Notes: a model not told the origin generated them from the letters alone. Counted from the stretch's first letter, positions 48,597-59,751 are shown. The stretch is DNA of 64,000 nucleotides from Candidatus Nanopelagicales bacterium (GCA_044343935.1 JBIJDU010000001.1:29151-93150), one strand, 5' to 3'. Numbers and translations are program-made.

Positions 48597-49811
48597 GTGA
48601 GTTTTGGTGCAGATCCGAGCAGCGCAGTTCCAGTCCGGGACGTGGTGGCGCGACTTAAGGACTACCTGAAGAAATTGCCTGCGGTTTGGGTGGAAGGTCA
48701 ATTAGCGGAAGTTAAAGATCGGCCTGGCTCGCAAGTGATCTTTGCCACTTTCCGTGATTTACACACTGATGTTTCCATTTCAACTGCTGCTACCAGAAGT
48801 ATCTTGGGAAATGACAGCAAGCATTTAGTTGAAGGCAATCGCGTGCTGCTGCAGTTACAACCTGAGATCTGGCCTAGACGTGGTGAGTTGCAACTTCGCA
48901 TATTAGCGATTCGGCCGGTTGGTTTAGGCGAGTTGCTGGCGCGCTTAGAAGCGTTGAAACAATTGTTGGCAGATGAAGGATTATTTGATTCGACTCGAAA
49001 AAAGCCGCTGCCATTTTTACCAACCAAGATTGGACTGATCTGTGGGCGAGGTAGTGCGGCTATGCATGATGTTTTAGTGAATGCAAAAGTTCGCTGGCCA
49101 CTGGTGCAATTTAAAGTTAACGAAGTTGCAGTTCAGGGGGATAGCGCTGTTAAGGAAGTAGCAGCGGCATTAATTGAACTTGATGCTAATCCAGAAGTTG
49201 ATGTCATCATTATTGCGCGAGGTGGTGGATCACTAGAAGATCTGTTGCCGTTCTCGGATGAAGGCTTAATTCGGTTGGTAGCTAAGCTCAAAACGCCAGT
49301 AGTTAGTGCGATTGGGCATGAACAAGATATTCCGTTATTAGATTTTGTAGCTGACTTGCGGGCCTCAACTCCTACTGATGCTGCACGCAAAGTAGTTCCA
49401 AGTTTGGCTGAGGAGAAAGATTTCATCAGTAGTTTGATTTATCGGCTGCAGCGTGAGGTATATTCAATTATTCGAGATGAGCAAGCAGGATTGTTTGAGT
49501 TACAGCGCGTCTTGCTACAACTGCACCCAAAAACTCAGTTACTAAATCAAAAACAATGGTTAACCCAGCAGCAATACTTGTTGCGCAATTCGTTGACGAC
49601 GCAATTAGCAGCTGCGACTAATGAAGTGGCCGCAGCCAGCGCCACGATTAGAGCCTTATCACCGGAAGGAACACTTGCGCGCGGGTATGCAATTGTTCGA
49701 TCAACTCAAAATGAGTTAATTACAAAGCCGCCAGCGGCGGGCACTGGGCTTTCAATTCGGGTGGCCTCAGGAGAGTTTGCGGCGGTTGCTGGCGAACAAG
49801 CGGATCACTAA
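48597..49811 (+). CDS. xseA: exodeoxyribonuclease VII large subunit
   Basis: OB-fold N-terminus (VWVEGQLAEV), IIARGGGSLEDL and SAIGHEQD motifs. GTG start 31 bp from the divergent xseB start. Confidence 0.9.
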   Translation: MSFGADPSSAVPVRDVVARLKDYLKKLPAVWVEGQLAEVKDRPGSQVIFATFRDLHTDVSISTAATRSILGNDSKHLVEGNRVLLQLQPEIWPRRGELQLRILAIRPVGLGELLARLEALKQLLADEGLFDSTRKKPLPFLPTKIGLICGRGSAAMHDVLVNAKVRWPLVQFKVNEVAVQGDSAVKEVAAALIELDANPEVDVIIIARGGGSLEDLLPFSDEGLIRLVAKLKTPVVSAIGHEQDIPLLDFVADLRASTPTDAARKVVPSLAEEKDFISSLIYRLQREVYSIIRDEQAGLFELQRVLLQLHPKTQLLNQKQWLTQQQYLLRNSLTTQLAAATNEVAAASATIRALSPEGTLARGYAIVRSTQNELITKPPAAGTGLSIRVASGEFAAVAGEQADH

Positions 49812-49832
49812 TTAGCCCTCTATTCTTAGGCC

Positions 49833-50786
49833 ATGGCTAAAAAAGTTCTCATTGCTGCCCCGCGCGGCTATTGCGCTGGTGTAGATCGAGCAGTTATTAC
49901 AGTAGAGCAAACCTTAGATTTATATGGTGCGCCAGTTTATGTCCGCAAGCAAATTGTGCATAACAAACATGTAGTAGAGGACTTAGAAGCTCGCGGCGCA
50001 ATTTTCGTTGAAGAATTAGATGAAGTGCCACCAGGCAGCACGGTAGTTTTCTCAGCACATGGTGTTTCACCGGCCGTTCATGCGCAAGCTGCTGTATTGA
50101 ATTTAAAAACAATTGATGCCACCTGCCCGTTGGTAACTAAAGTGCATCAGGAAGCTAAGCGATTTGCCGCTGAGGATTATCAGATTTTGTTGATCGGCCA
50201 TGAAGGTCATGAAGAGGTTGAAGGAACTGCGGGTGAAGCGCCAGAACATATTCAACTTGTTGATGGCTTGGATGCCGCAGATAACGTCAAGATTGATCCA
50301 AATCGACCAGTTGCTTGGTTGTCGCAAACCACGCTTTCCGTTGATGAGACCATCGAAACGGTAGATCGACTTCGTGCGCGGTTGCCAATGCTGATTGATC
50401 CACCAAGCGATGACATCTGCTACGCAACTCAAAATCGACAAGGTGCAGTTAAGGCAATAGCACCACAAGTTGACCTATTAATTGTGGTTGGCTCTGGCAA
50501 CTCCAGCAACAGCGTTAGATTGGTTGAAGTTGGCCTGGAAGCAGGAGCCAAAGCCTCTTACCGAGTTGATAATTTCACTGAATGTAAAGAGGAATGGTTA
50601 GCAGGTGTGGAGACGGTTGGCTTGACGTCAGGTGCATCAGTGCCCGAATCACTAGTTGACGGCGTACTCAACTGGTTAGCCGAGCGCGGATTTGGCGATG
50701 TGGAAGAAGTTAAAACCGCCGAAGAGCGATTAGTTTTTGCTACCCCACCAGAGCTTCGCAAAGCACAAAAAGCCGCAACTAAATAA
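49833..50786 (+). CDS. ispH: 4-hydroxy-3-methylbut-2-enyl diphosphate reductase
   Basis: [23 protein letters not shown] and NSSNS motifs. Confidence 0.95.
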   Translation: MAKKVLIAAPRGYCAGVDRAVITVEQTLDLYGAPVYVRKQIVHNKHVVEDLEARGAIFVEELDEVPPGSTVVFSAHGVSPAVHAQAAVLNLKTIDATCPLVTKVHQEAKRFAAEDYQILLIGHEGHEEVEGTAGEAPEHIQLVDGLDAADNVKIDPNRPVAWLSQTTLSVDETIETVDRLRARLPMLIDPPSDDICYATQNRQGAVKAIAPQVDLLIVVGSGNSSNSVRLVEVGLEAGAKASYRVDNFTECKEEWLAGVETVGLTSGASVPESLVDGVLNWLAERGFGDVEEVKTAEERLVFATPPELRKAQKAATK

Positions 50787-51257
50787 TTATTTTCGGTTAG
50801 CAATTTTGTAAAGCAAATAGCTAATTGCAAATGCAGTCAACAAAAACGGCGCTAAATTTGATAGTCGAGTAAAAATCGTTGCGCCTAATTGATTTATTGG
50901 ATTGGCGGATTGAATAATTCCAATCAAATCTGGCAAGGTCACCGCCACTAAATAAGCGGCTGGAGGCGTGGCGACTAAATAAGCAAGATCAGCTTCGTTC
51001 AACATGCCCCGACCAATTAGCACTAGTGCAATGCCGGCAACTCCGGTGATTATCCCGATTTCACCTCGAAGCCAATCTTCAATTGCGGCAGTAAGGCTGA
51101 GCACCATAAACATAACCAAGATAAATCGGCCAGTGCGCGGCGTATCGACAACTTCAGGTATCACCCGGCGACGTGATGCCACAGCGGGCCGAGCGTTATC
51201 GGCTAACTCACCGGATGCACCAATCGCTCGGTAAAGCTGTCCTGGTTTCTGTGCCAT
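50787..51257 (-). CDS. membrane protein (Rv1111c position; DUF6542-like?)
   Basis: About 4 TM segments, divergent from ychF. The start was trimmed to ATG 51257 because the longest ORF would overlap the ychF 5' end. Confidence 0.45.
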   Translation of the reverse strand: MAQKPGQLYRAIGASGELADNARPAVASRRRVIPEVVDTPRTGRFILVMFMVLSLTAAIEDWLRGEIGIITGVAGIALVLIGRGMLNEADLAYLVATPPAAYLVAVTLPDLIGIIQSANPINQLGATIFTRLSNLAPFLLTAFAISYLLYKIANRK

Positions 51258-51294
51258 ATCTACCATCGTAATGAGTATCCCTAGGATTGCCGCC

Positions 51295-52368
51295 ATGGCG
51301 CTCACAATTGGAATTGTTGGCCTGCCCAATGTAGGCAAATCAACGATGTTTAACGCATTAACTCGAAGCAACGTCCTTGCCGCAAACTATCCATTTGCCA
51401 CCATTGAACCTAACGTAGGTGTGGTTGGCGTACCTGATGCCAGGTTAAATGTTTTGGCGAAAATGTTCGGTTCCGAAAAGATTCTGCCAGCAACAGTTTC
51501 GTTTGTTGATATTGCTGGCATTGTGAAAGGTGCCAGCGAAGGCGCGGGATTAGGAAACAAATTCCTGGCTAACATTCGAGAGGCAGATGCAATCTGCCAA
51601 GTGATTCGCGGCTTTGCCGATCCAGATGTAATTCACGTTGATGGGCGAATCTCACCAAAAGACGATATTGAAACCATCAATACTGAATTGATTTTGGCAG
51701 ACCTACAGACCTTAGAAAAAGCGATTCCGCGACTACAAAAAGAAGCACGAAACGACAAATCTAAGCAGGAAGCTTTAGTTGCGGCTGAAGCTGCCCAAAA
51801 AATCCTGAACGAGGGCAAAACTATCTTTGCATCTGGTGTTGATCGCGAACCATTGCGCGAACTATTCCTGCTAACCGCAAAGCCATTCTTATACGTTTTC
51901 AATGTGGATGATGCTGGTTTAATGGACGCAGCAGCTAAAGCTCAGATGCAAGCAATCGTTGCGCCAGCCGAAGCAATTTTCTTAGATGCCAGATTGGAAA
52001 CTGAATTACTTGAGCTTAGCGATGAGGAAGCCCTTGAGTTGTTAAGCAGCGTGGGTCAGACTGAATCTGGCTTAAGCACGCTGGCTCGAGTTGGCTTTAA
52101 TACGCTTGGGCTGCAAACTTATTTAACTGCTGGACCAAAAGAAGCTAGAGCTTGGACTATTCCAAAAGGCGCTACTGCCCCAGAGGCAGCTGGCGTTATT
52201 CACACGGACTTTCAGCGAGGCTTTATTAAGGCTGAAATAGTTGGCTTTGATGATTTAGTTAAGTCTGGATCGATGGCTGAAGCTAAATCAAAAGGACTGG
52301 TTCGCACTGAGGGTAAAGAGTATGTGATGGCCGATGGTGATGTTGTTGAGTTTAGATTCAACGTTTAA
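51295..52368 (+). CDS. ychF: ribosome-binding ATPase YchF
   Basis: MALTIGIVGLPNVGKST P-loop start (ATG 51295) and the C-terminal TGS-like DVVEFRFNV. Confidence 0.95.
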   Translation: MALTIGIVGLPNVGKSTMFNALTRSNVLAANYPFATIEPNVGVVGVPDARLNVLAKMFGSEKILPATVSFVDIAGIVKGASEGAGLGNKFLANIREADAICQVIRGFADPDVIHVDGRISPKDDIETINTELILADLQTLEKAIPRLQKEARNDKSKQEALVAAEAAQKILNEGKTIFASGVDREPLRELFLLTAKPFLYVFNVDDAGLMDAAAKAQMQAIVAPAEAIFLDARLETELLELSDEEALELLSSVGQTESGLSTLARVGFNTLGLQTYLTAGPKEARAWTIPKGATAPEAAGVIHTDFQRGFIKAEIVGFDDLVKSGSMAEAKSKGLVRTEGKEYVMADGDVVEFRFNV

Positions 52369-54416
52369 AGCTGCTTAAACATCTCTAACTCAGTCTTTAA
52401 CAGTGTTTCAGTTACTGACACTTGCGGTGTCATGTGAGTGACGTTTGATAATGGCAAGAATTGATGCTGTAATCCCAAATTAATTAGGTGAGCTGATAAC
52501 TGCAAGCTATGAGCTGCTAACACGTTGTCATCAGCTAAGCCATGCACAATTAGTAACTTGCCAATTCGAGTTGGATTTAATGTCAACAGCGAGTTTTGAT
52601 CGTAGGTAACCGGGTCATTGGCTGGATGGCCTAGGTAGCGCTCCGTGTATGCCGAGTCATACAACCGCCATTCCGTAACGGGCGCACCAGCAACAGCAAC
52701 TTTAAAAATGTCTGGCTGCACCATAGTTGCCAGCGCACTTAGATAACCACCAAATGACCACCCTCGAATGCCAACTCGGTCTACATCAAGCACGCCAGGT
52801 AGCTCTTTATTTGCTTGCTCCAGCGCTGCTATTTGGCAATCAAGTGATGCGGTGAAGTTTTTAGTAATGGCATGTTCCCAATGCACATTTACTCCGGGCG
52901 AGCCCAGACCATCAGAAACAATTACGGCAAATCCTTGATCGGCAAACCATTGATCCAGCGCATATTTGCGCTTGGTGCCAAGCACGAGTTGCGCATGTGG
53001 CCCGCCATACGGCGACATAATCACTGGCAGCGGTCCAGTTGCTGAATTTGGTAATAACACCACCGTGCGATTTGTTTGGGTATCACGTAATCGAGTTAAG
53101 TTAATCTGGATATTTGGTGCGAATGAATAATCTTCTAACGTAAAGGAGTTATCCGAAGTAATCACCTGATATATCGGATCTTGATTAAAACTAGTTGTCA
53201 TTATTACTCGCACCAAAGCAGTTGCAGCAAGCAAACTGGAATATTGTCCAGCGGAAGTTAATTCGATAATCTCACCATCTTGTACTTGCAAGATTTGATT
53301 AAAAGCAGAATCAGTTGTGGCTTCGATTAGTGCTAACTCTTCGTTGCTAAAGCCAATATTGCGGACATACCAATTAGTTGGTGTTACTGGTTCACTATTT
53401 CGATACAACCGACGCTGATTCCCATAAAAATCGTCTCGCACATCCCATCTAGTTTCACCGTGTGCCCGATGCAGTTTCGGTGAACTCTCCACCCAAGTTT
53501 GCTGTTGCACCATATCCATGATTTTTGCGCCTGCAGATAAGTCAAACTTCAGATGGTGCTGCTGCTGCTGACTTCGGTCTAACACAATTGCATAAACGCT
53601 CTGGTTGTCACTCCAGCCTGCTTGTGATAGATAAGGAAAGTTTTCAATATCCCACGAAATTGCTTGGGATCCAGTGCGAGCTGCGAATATTCGAAGTCCA
53701 ATTCGAGGGTTTTCAGTACCAGCAAATGGGAATTTGTGATCAGCTATAGGTTTTGTTGGTTGAGCTAAGTCAGCAATTGCGATTTTGCTAACCATGGTGT
53801 CATCAAAGTATTGCACCAAGATTCGCTCACCATCAGGGGAAAACCAAAACCCATTGGATCTGCCAAACTCTTCTGCACTTAGGAAATCAGCTAATCCCCA
53901 AGTGTGATGGTCATTAGGTGTAATTTGATATCCAAGGTGCAACGCATCAGTTGGAATTACCCATACCGAACTATTACGCACGCAAGCAATAGTTGTGCCA
54001 TCAGAACTTAATTGCGGATCAAATACATCAGTTAAGTCAGCTAACTCAATTTTAATTTCTTCATTAATACGCAAAACAAAGAGTGTGCCACTAAGTGAAA
54101 AAACTAATTCAGTGCCAGCTTTAGAAGCTGAAAATGAAGTAATGCCTGCCCCAGATTCTCGGAGCCGCTCGCGCCGTGCCTTTTCGGCCTCGGGTAGATC
54201 GGACGCAATCTCGACATCAGCCGGGTTAAAGATAACTCTGATTTCACCAGTTGCTAAATTCAATTGTTTGAGTTGCAACACTGGGTCGGTTGGACCGGTG
54301 CTCTGCAGAAAATAAACACCGGCATCAGTTATTGCAAATGATCTGGGTGCACCATTGCGAAAGCGACCAGAGGCAGCGTATTGACTAATAAAGGTTTCCG
54401 AGTTACTCACCCGCAT
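52365..54416 (-). CDS. S9-family serine peptidase (dipeptidyl-peptidase/prolyl-oligopeptidase type)
   Basis: N-terminal beta-propeller-like region. C-terminal alpha/beta hydrolase with nucleophile elbow GWSFGGY, then HGLADDNV and a downstream His. Confidence 0.85.
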   Translation of the reverse strand: MRVSNSETFISQYAASGRFRNGAPRSFAITDAGVYFLQSTGPTDPVLQLKQLNLATGEIRVIFNPADVEIASDLPEAEKARRERLRESGAGITSFSASKAGTELVFSLSGTLFVLRINEEIKIELADLTDVFDPQLSSDGTTIACVRNSSVWVIPTDALHLGYQITPNDHHTWGLADFLSAEEFGRSNGFWFSPDGERILVQYFDDTMVSKIAIADLAQPTKPIADHKFPFAGTENPRIGLRIFAARTGSQAISWDIENFPYLSQAGWSDNQSVYAIVLDRSQQQQHHLKFDLSAGAKIMDMVQQQTWVESSPKLHRAHGETRWDVRDDFYGNQRRLYRNSEPVTPTNWYVRNIGFSNEELALIEATTDSAFNQILQVQDGEIIELTSAGQYSSLLAATALVRVIMTTSFNQDPIYQVITSDNSFTLEDYSFAPNIQINLTRLRDTQTNRTVVLLPNSATGPLPVIMSPYGGPHAQLVLGTKRKYALDQWFADQGFAVIVSDGLGSPGVNVHWEHAITKNFTASLDCQIAALEQANKELPGVLDVDRVGIRGWSFGGYLSALATMVQPDIFKVAVAGAPVTEWRLYDSAYTERYLGHPANDPVTYDQNSLLTLNPTRIGKLLIVHGLADDNVLAAHSLQLSAHLINLGLQHQFLPLSNVTHMTPQVSVTETLLKTELEMFKQL

Positions 54417-54473
54417 AAGGTAGTGGGAAAGTTGTGCGGTTGCCCTCAGGGTAGTGGGGCATAGGCTACGGCT

Positions 54474-54845
54474 ATGCAGATTACGACCTGGCTGAGTTCG
54501 GCAATCATTGCGTTATTAACCAGCACTATCGCGGTGTTTTTGAGCTCCTCGGTTTATGGCGAAATACCGGTGGGATCAATCCTGGCAGCAGGATTGATTT
54601 TTTTCGCTACCCGATATCTAAAGAAAACCAGAGATTCATTTTGGCAATCATCGCTAGTAATTATCTTTTGGGGTCTGATTACATTTAGAGCAGCTACCCC
54701 AACCGCAATGGGTGATTTAATTTTAATTGAAGACCAATTCACTTGGTGGTACGTTGGCTTAACTGGCAGCGCTGCGCTTATCTCGTTAATCATTCCGTCT
54801 AAGTCGGTGGCAAAATCGCCCGACGCAGCTGAGTTCCCGAACTAG
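54474..54845 (+). CDS. hypothetical 4-TM membrane protein
   Basis: Only hydrophobicity supports it. Its 3' end overlaps the cysS 3' end by 47 nt (convergent). Confidence 0.4.
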   Translation: MQITTWLSSAIIALLTSTIAVFLSSSVYGEIPVGSILAAGLIFFATRYLKKTRDSFWQSSLVIIFWGLITFRAATPTAMGDLILIEDQFTWWYVGLTGSAALISLIIPSKSVAKSPDAAEFPN

Positions 54846-56187
54846 CATCACTAACTTCATAACCCAACTGAGTTAATTCGTCTCGCAATTGATCGCTCAG
54901 CGCCCAATTCTTTTGGATTCTAGCCTCGCTGCGCTGCCTAACTAAATTCTTAATTTCATCGGATAACTCAAGTGGCGCATTCGTTAAATTCAGTTTTAGT
55001 AAATCTGCCGCAGTTGCAATGGCATTTGCCCGAGCGCTAGGTGATTTTGATAGTGATTTCTCTTTGGCGCGCAGTGCAAGCACTGCGTCAGCAGTGTTTA
55101 GATTGTTCAATAAATGGTGGGACATCTCAGCTTTAAGTTCATCATCAATCACTGTTGCTACCTCAATTTGATCGCTCCAGCGACGAATGGTTTGTTCTGC
55201 TGCCACCAAGGAATCCCAAGTTAGATTTAGTTGTTGCCGGAAGTGATTCTCTAAAAATACTAATCTAACCGCGGCCGGTGAGATGTTTGCTGCCATTACA
55301 TCTCGCAGTAGCACAACATTGTTGGTGCTTTTTGACATCTTTCTACCTTCAAAGAGTAAATGTTCGGCATGCACCCAAGCACCAACCACTTCGGTGCCAG
55401 TTAAGCTGTTTGATTGTGCTCGTTCATTTTCATGATGCGGAAAGCGCAGGTCAATACCGCCAGTATGAATATCAAAGTGATTTCCAAACGCATTAAGTGA
55501 CATCACCGTGCATTCAATGTGCCAGCCAGGAAAACCCACTCCCCACGGGGTATCCCAAGTAAGTTGAGTACGACGCTCATCACTTGTTTTCCAAAGCGCC
55601 CAATCGCCATGAAATTTTTTGGCCGCATTTACTTCACCATCAAAGCGATGCCCAGGTTTTAGTTGATCTAGCGTGTTACCACTGATGGCACCATAACTTG
55701 GGAATTTATTGGCACTAAAAAAAACTGAACCATCATCACCTTGATAAGCAAATCCCAATTCAATCAATTTAGCAATTACATCAACCATCTGATCAATGGT
55801 TTCACTAGCGCGCGGTGTTTGATCTGGCAGTTGGACATTCAAGGCAGTTAGATCAGCAAAATATTGGGCTTCATATTTGCGGGCAATGTCTAATGCGGTG
55901 ACATTCTCAATTGCAGCTTGCTGCAGCATTTTGTCCTGTCCTGGATCTGCTGCTTCGAGCCCAGTGTCATCAACCATATGACCAACGTCGGTGATGTTCT
56001 GCACCACCACAGCTTCAATATCAGCGCTGGCAAGTGCGGTTCTAATTAGGTCGGGTAATAAGAAACTGCGTAAGTTTCCTAAGTGAACATCCCGATAGAC
56101 AGTTGGTCCGCAGGCATAGATCTTCACCGGAGATTTAGCAGAAATGGCTGCTAAATCACGAGATTTAGTGTCATAGATGCGGAGCAT
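54799..56187 (-). CDS. cysS: cysteine--tRNA ligase
   Basis: CGPTVY...HLGN (HIGH variant), NITDVGH, HHENE and KMSKS motifs. The DALR-2-like LNNLNTADAV and the C-terminal KNWALSDQLRDEL helix argue for CysS rather than MshC. Confidence 0.85.
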   Translation of the reverse strand: MLRIYDTKSRDLAAISAKSPVKIYACGPTVYRDVHLGNLRSFLLPDLIRTALASADIEAVVVQNITDVGHMVDDTGLEAADPGQDKMLQQAAIENVTALDIARKYEAQYFADLTALNVQLPDQTPRASETIDQMVDVIAKLIELGFAYQGDDGSVFFSANKFPSYGAISGNTLDQLKPGHRFDGEVNAAKKFHGDWALWKTSDERRTQLTWDTPWGVGFPGWHIECTVMSLNAFGNHFDIHTGGIDLRFPHHENERAQSNSLTGTEVVGAWVHAEHLLFEGRKMSKSTNNVVLLRDVMAANISPAAVRLVFLENHFRQQLNLTWDSLVAAEQTIRRWSDQIEVATVIDDELKAEMSHHLLNNLNTADAVLALRAKEKSLSKSPSARANAIATAADLLKLNLTNAPLELSDEIKNLVRQRSEARIQKNWALSDQLRDELTQLGYEVSDASSGTQLRRAILPPT

Positions 56188-56281
56188 GGGTTAAGCCTAG
56201 AAGGAAATTGCTCGCGGCGTTGCATTTGCTTTGCGGGCGAGAGGCGATAATCTGCGCCTAAGCAATTTGAGGAGTGGCCCA

Positions 56282-56602
56282 ATGACTTATGTGATTACCG
56301 AAGCCTGCATTGATACGCAAGACAAGTCCTGCATTGAAGAATGCCCAGTTGACTGTATTTACGAAGGTGATCGCATGCTGTACATCCACCCAGATGAATG
56401 CGTGGACTGCGGCGCTTGTGAGCCAGTCTGCCCGGTTGAGGCAATTTTTTATGAAGATGATGTACCAGCTGAATTAAGTAACTACACTGCAATTAATCGC
56501 GACTTCTTCGTTGAGATTGGCTCACCAGGTGGCGCTAGCAAAGTGGGCCGCGTAGGCAAAGATGTTGATGTGGTTGCGGCAATGCCACCAAAGGCAAGTT
56601 AG
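56282..56602 (+). CDS. fdxA: 7Fe ferredoxin
   Basis: MTYVITEACIDTQDKSCIEECPVDCIY plus CVDCGACEPVCPVEAI. The start was moved to ATG 56282, which is preceded by GAGGAG. Confidence 0.9.
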   Translation: MTYVITEACIDTQDKSCIEECPVDCIYEGDRMLYIHPDECVDCGACEPVCPVEAIFYEDDVPAELSNYTAINRDFFVEIGSPGGASKVGRVGKDVDVVAAMPPKAS

Positions 56603-56605
56603 TTC

Positions 56606-57688
56606 TTGCTCGCTGATCAATTACCCGACTTCCCGTGGGATTTGCTGCAACCGGCAGCAAAATTAGCTGCGAATCATCCAGCTGGCTTAATTGATTTATC
56701 CGTTGGCACCCCAGTTGATTCGGTTGCACCGGAAATTCAGGCTGCTGCTGCTGCCGCACTTGATGCTCATGCTTATCCGTTAACTGCTGGTACCAGTGAA
56801 TTGATTGCGGCACAAAAAACTTGGTTAACTAAAGTTGCCGCTGCTGATGCAACTGCTCTTGGCACTATTCCAACTATTGGCTCAAAAGAGGCAGTAGCGC
56901 TATTGCCGTTCTTAGTTGGATTATCTAGAAATAGTAAAATTGCAATTCCAAAGTTGGCATATCCAACATATGCTGTTGGTGCATTAGCAGTTGGTGCAAC
57001 CGTGGTGCTTGCTGATAAACCAGCAGAGTTAACTGAGTCAGTGGATTTTGTTTGGCTTAATTCACCATCGAATCCAACTGGAAATGTGTTATCTAAATCA
57101 GAACTGATCAGTTGGATTAAATATTCCCGCGATACTGACACCATCGTTGCTAGTGATGAATGTTATTTAACGCTAGGCTGGGATGAAACTCCAATTTCGA
57201 TTCTCAATACCGAACTTACTGGTGGTAACTATCGCAATCTAATTGCGCTGCATTCGCTATCTAAACGATCATCACTAGCTGGTTATCGAGCGGCAGCAAT
57301 TTCAGGTGATAAGGAAATTGTTAACTCATTGTTGCAAGTTAGAAAGCATCTAGGATTAATTACGCCAACCCCAAGTCAAGCAGCAGCAACTGCGGCTTGG
57401 TTAGATGACGCACATGCGCTAAATCAGCGCGAGGTTTATCAAAATCGCAGAACCTTGATGCAGCAAGCCTTTCGCTCGGCTGGATTTGAAATCTCACACT
57501 CAGTTGCCGGACTGTACTTATGGCTAACTCGCGATGAAGATTGCTGGACCAGTGTTAATTGGTTGGCCGAGCGCGGAGTGTTAGTGGCGCCGGGAATTTT
57601 CTATGGCGAGGCTGGTAGAAAATTTATTCGAGCAGCGATGACTGAAACTGATGCAAAAATTAATCAGTTGCGTGACCGATTAATGTAG
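56606..57688 (+). CDS. dapC: succinyldiaminopimelate aminotransferase (actinobacterial DapC type)
   Basis: Class I aminotransferase fold with PLP lysine context [12 protein letters not shown]. The conserved fdxA-dapC pairing supports it. TTG start. Confidence 0.78.
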   Translation: MLADQLPDFPWDLLQPAAKLAANHPAGLIDLSVGTPVDSVAPEIQAAAAAALDAHAYPLTAGTSELIAAQKTWLTKVAAADATALGTIPTIGSKEAVALLPFLVGLSRNSKIAIPKLAYPTYAVGALAVGATVVLADKPAELTESVDFVWLNSPSNPTGNVLSKSELISWIKYSRDTDTIVASDECYLTLGWDETPISILNTELTGGNYRNLIALHSLSKRSSLAGYRAAAISGDKEIVNSLLQVRKHLGLITPTPSQAAATAAWLDDAHALNQREVYQNRRTLMQQAFRSAGFEISHSVAGLYLWLTRDEDCWTSVNWLAERGVLVAPGIFYGEAGRKFIRAAMTETDAKINQLRDRLM

Positions 57689-58588
57689 TGCTTGGTTTAG
57701 ACCGCCCCAGGTTCCAGTTTTCGATATTGCTTCGATAGCGCCAGTTTGGCTGTTGCGTCTGAATAACAAACCTGATTCGCCAGATAGTGATGCGGCTTTA
57801 ATAGTTTTGCCATCAGGTAATAACACTTTGCTGCCAGCAGTTAGATAAAGCCCAGCCTCAACAATGCAGTTATCGCCAAGTGAAATACCAATACCTGCGT
57901 TAGCACCAATTAAACAATTCTCACCAATTCTAATAATTTCTTTTCCGCCGCCAGATAGCGTGCCCATAATTGATGCACCGCCACCAATATCGCTGCCAGC
58001 ACCAACTGTTACGCCAGCACTAATTCGGCCTTCCACCATCGATTGGCCTAATGTGCCAGCGTTGAAGTTCACAAATCCTTCATGCATTACTACCGTGCCC
58101 TCGGCCAGATGTGCCCCTAATCGAACTCGATCAGCATCAGCAATTCGTACGCCAGTTGGCACCACATAATCCAGCATTCGAGGAAAACGATCTACACCTA
58201 AAATCAAATCGGCAATACCGCGTTGCCGTTGTTGCTGCACATAACTGCTGGCATGCTCAACTGGTACCGGACCGGTTGCCGTCCAAGCGGCATTAGCTAG
58301 TAAGCCAAAGATGCCATCGAGATTTATGCCATGGGGTTTAACTAAACGATGCGAAAGTAGATGTAATCGGAGATAGACATCAAGCGCATCAGTTGGTGCG
58401 GTGGTTAAGTCATTAATTACCACAGTTACAACGCGCTTGGTAACCAATTCACTGGCATGATTAGGCAGCGTTAGCTGCACCTCAGTTGGTTTTTGGGTTA
58501 TTGCTGGAGCCGGGAAATAAGCATCTAGCACGGTATCGCCAGCAAATGTGGCAACACCAACTGCGGCAGCACTGAGTTTGGTTTCCAT
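57680..58588 (-). CDS. dapD: 2,3,4,5-tetrahydropyridine-2,6-dicarboxylate N-succinyltransferase
   Basis: Hexapeptide-repeat beta-helix ([24 protein letters not shown]...[14 protein letters not shown]). Confidence 0.85.
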   Translation of the reverse strand: METKLSAAAVGVATFAGDTVLDAYFPAPAITQKPTEVQLTLPNHASELVTKRVVTVVINDLTTAPTDALDVYLRLHLLSHRLVKPHGINLDGIFGLLANAAWTATGPVPVEHASSYVQQQRQRGIADLILGVDRFPRMLDYVVPTGVRIADADRVRLGAHLAEGTVVMHEGFVNFNAGTLGQSMVEGRISAGVTVGAGSDIGGGASIMGTLSGGGKEIIRIGENCLIGANAGIGISLGDNCIVEAGLYLTAGSKVLLPDGKTIKAASLSGESGLLFRRNSQTGAIEAISKTGTWGGLNQALH

Positions 58589-58627
58589 GCCCGTACCGTA
58601 AGGGATGGCACAAGAAGTGAAGGGCTT

Positions 58628-59224
58628 ATGACATCAGTTTGTGTATTTTGTGCGGCAAATCAGCAGATTGATCCGATCCATATCCAGCATGCATATGACC
58701 TTGGTTATGCCATTGGAGCTAAAGGTTGGCGGCTGGTTTCTGGTGGTGGCTCAGTTTCTTCCATGGGTGCGGTAACTAAAGGTGCGCGAGCTGCTGGCGG
58801 CGAAACTGTTGGCGTTATTCCAAAGGCGTTGTTGGAGCGTGAAGTTGCTGATTTAGCTTCCACGGAACTTATCTCAGTTACTGATATGCGAACTCGTAAA
58901 GCAGAAATGGAACGGTTAGCTGATGCCTTTATTGTGTTGCCTGGTGGCATTGGCACCCTAGAAGAGTTTTTTGAGATCTGGGTGGCGCGCTCACTTGGCA
59001 TGCATAACAAACCAGTAATCGTGTTAGATCCCGATGCGATGTATCAGCCGTTGCAGGATTGGTTAGCGCAAATTACTGCTGCTGGTTTTGTCACTAATGA
59101 AGCGGCATATTGTGTTTATTGGACCGCAGATATTGCTGATGCACTAACTCGCATTGAGCAAGAATTGGCGGCACCGTTTGAAGCAAAACCAACCGAAGCT
59201 GGCGTAATGGAAGCGGAGCTCTAA
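58628..59224 (+). CDS. LOG-family (TIGR00730) nucleotide phosphoribohydrolase
   Basis: GGGSVSSMG and [12 protein letters not shown] motifs. Confidence 0.85.
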   Translation: MTSVCVFCAANQQIDPIHIQHAYDLGYAIGAKGWRLVSGGGSVSSMGAVTKGARAAGGETVGVIPKALLEREVADLASTELISVTDMRTRKAEMERLADAFIVLPGGIGTLEEFFEIWVARSLGMHNKPVIVLDPDAMYQPLQDWLAQITAAGFVTNEAAYCVYWTADIADALTRIEQELAAPFEAKPTEAGVMEAEL

Positions 59225-59662
59225 ATGCGAAGTTCAGATGTTTCATTAACTGTTATGTTGCCAACTAGTCTGGCTCGTGCGTATGCGGCAATTACAAATT
59301 GGGAAGCGCAATCTGATTGGATGATCGGAACTAAAGTTTGGTTATCGCGCGGTGATGGCAGCAGTGTGGGTTCAGAGATCTCGGCATTCACCGGCATCGG
59401 CAAAATTGGCTTTTTAGACACTATGACCGTTACTAAGTTAGCCCCGCCCAACTTAGTTGAAGTGCTACACACCGGCAAAGTGCTGCGCGGTGAGGGCCGA
59501 TTTGAGTTAACTGCGGTCTCGGCAAACCAGACCAGATTTGACTGGTTTGAGCGGGTGGAAATCCCATTTGGCTATCTGGGGCTGTTGGCTTGGTGGCTGA
59601 TTCGACCTGGGTTCACCCTGGGCGTCTGGTATTCGCTGCGGAAGTTGGCAAAAAGCCTCTAA
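59225..59662 (+). CDS. SRPBCC-superfamily protein
   Basis: Size, beta-rich pattern and a long C-terminal helix. Abuts the LOG gene stop. The call is weak and from pattern memory. Confidence 0.55.
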   Translation: MRSSDVSLTVMLPTSLARAYAAITNWEAQSDWMIGTKVWLSRGDGSSVGSEISAFTGIGKIGFLDTMTVTKLAPPNLVEVLHTGKVLRGEGRFELTAVSANQTRFDWFERVEIPFGYLGLLAWWLIRPGFTLGVWYSLRKLAKSL

Positions 59663-59751
59663 CTGGGGACTGGCCGCCTCTGGCAGCGGCGCTTCGGGGA
59701 TAATAAGCGCCTGGTTCAGCCCAGCGAGGCTGATTCGAGAGAGGTGCACCG

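Noticed and set aside
56188-56281. T-box or other leader upstream of cysS, and likewise upstream of metG at 20181-20189.
   Set aside because: The regions are far too short (94 nt and 9 nt). No specifier or antiterminator-like structure is visible.
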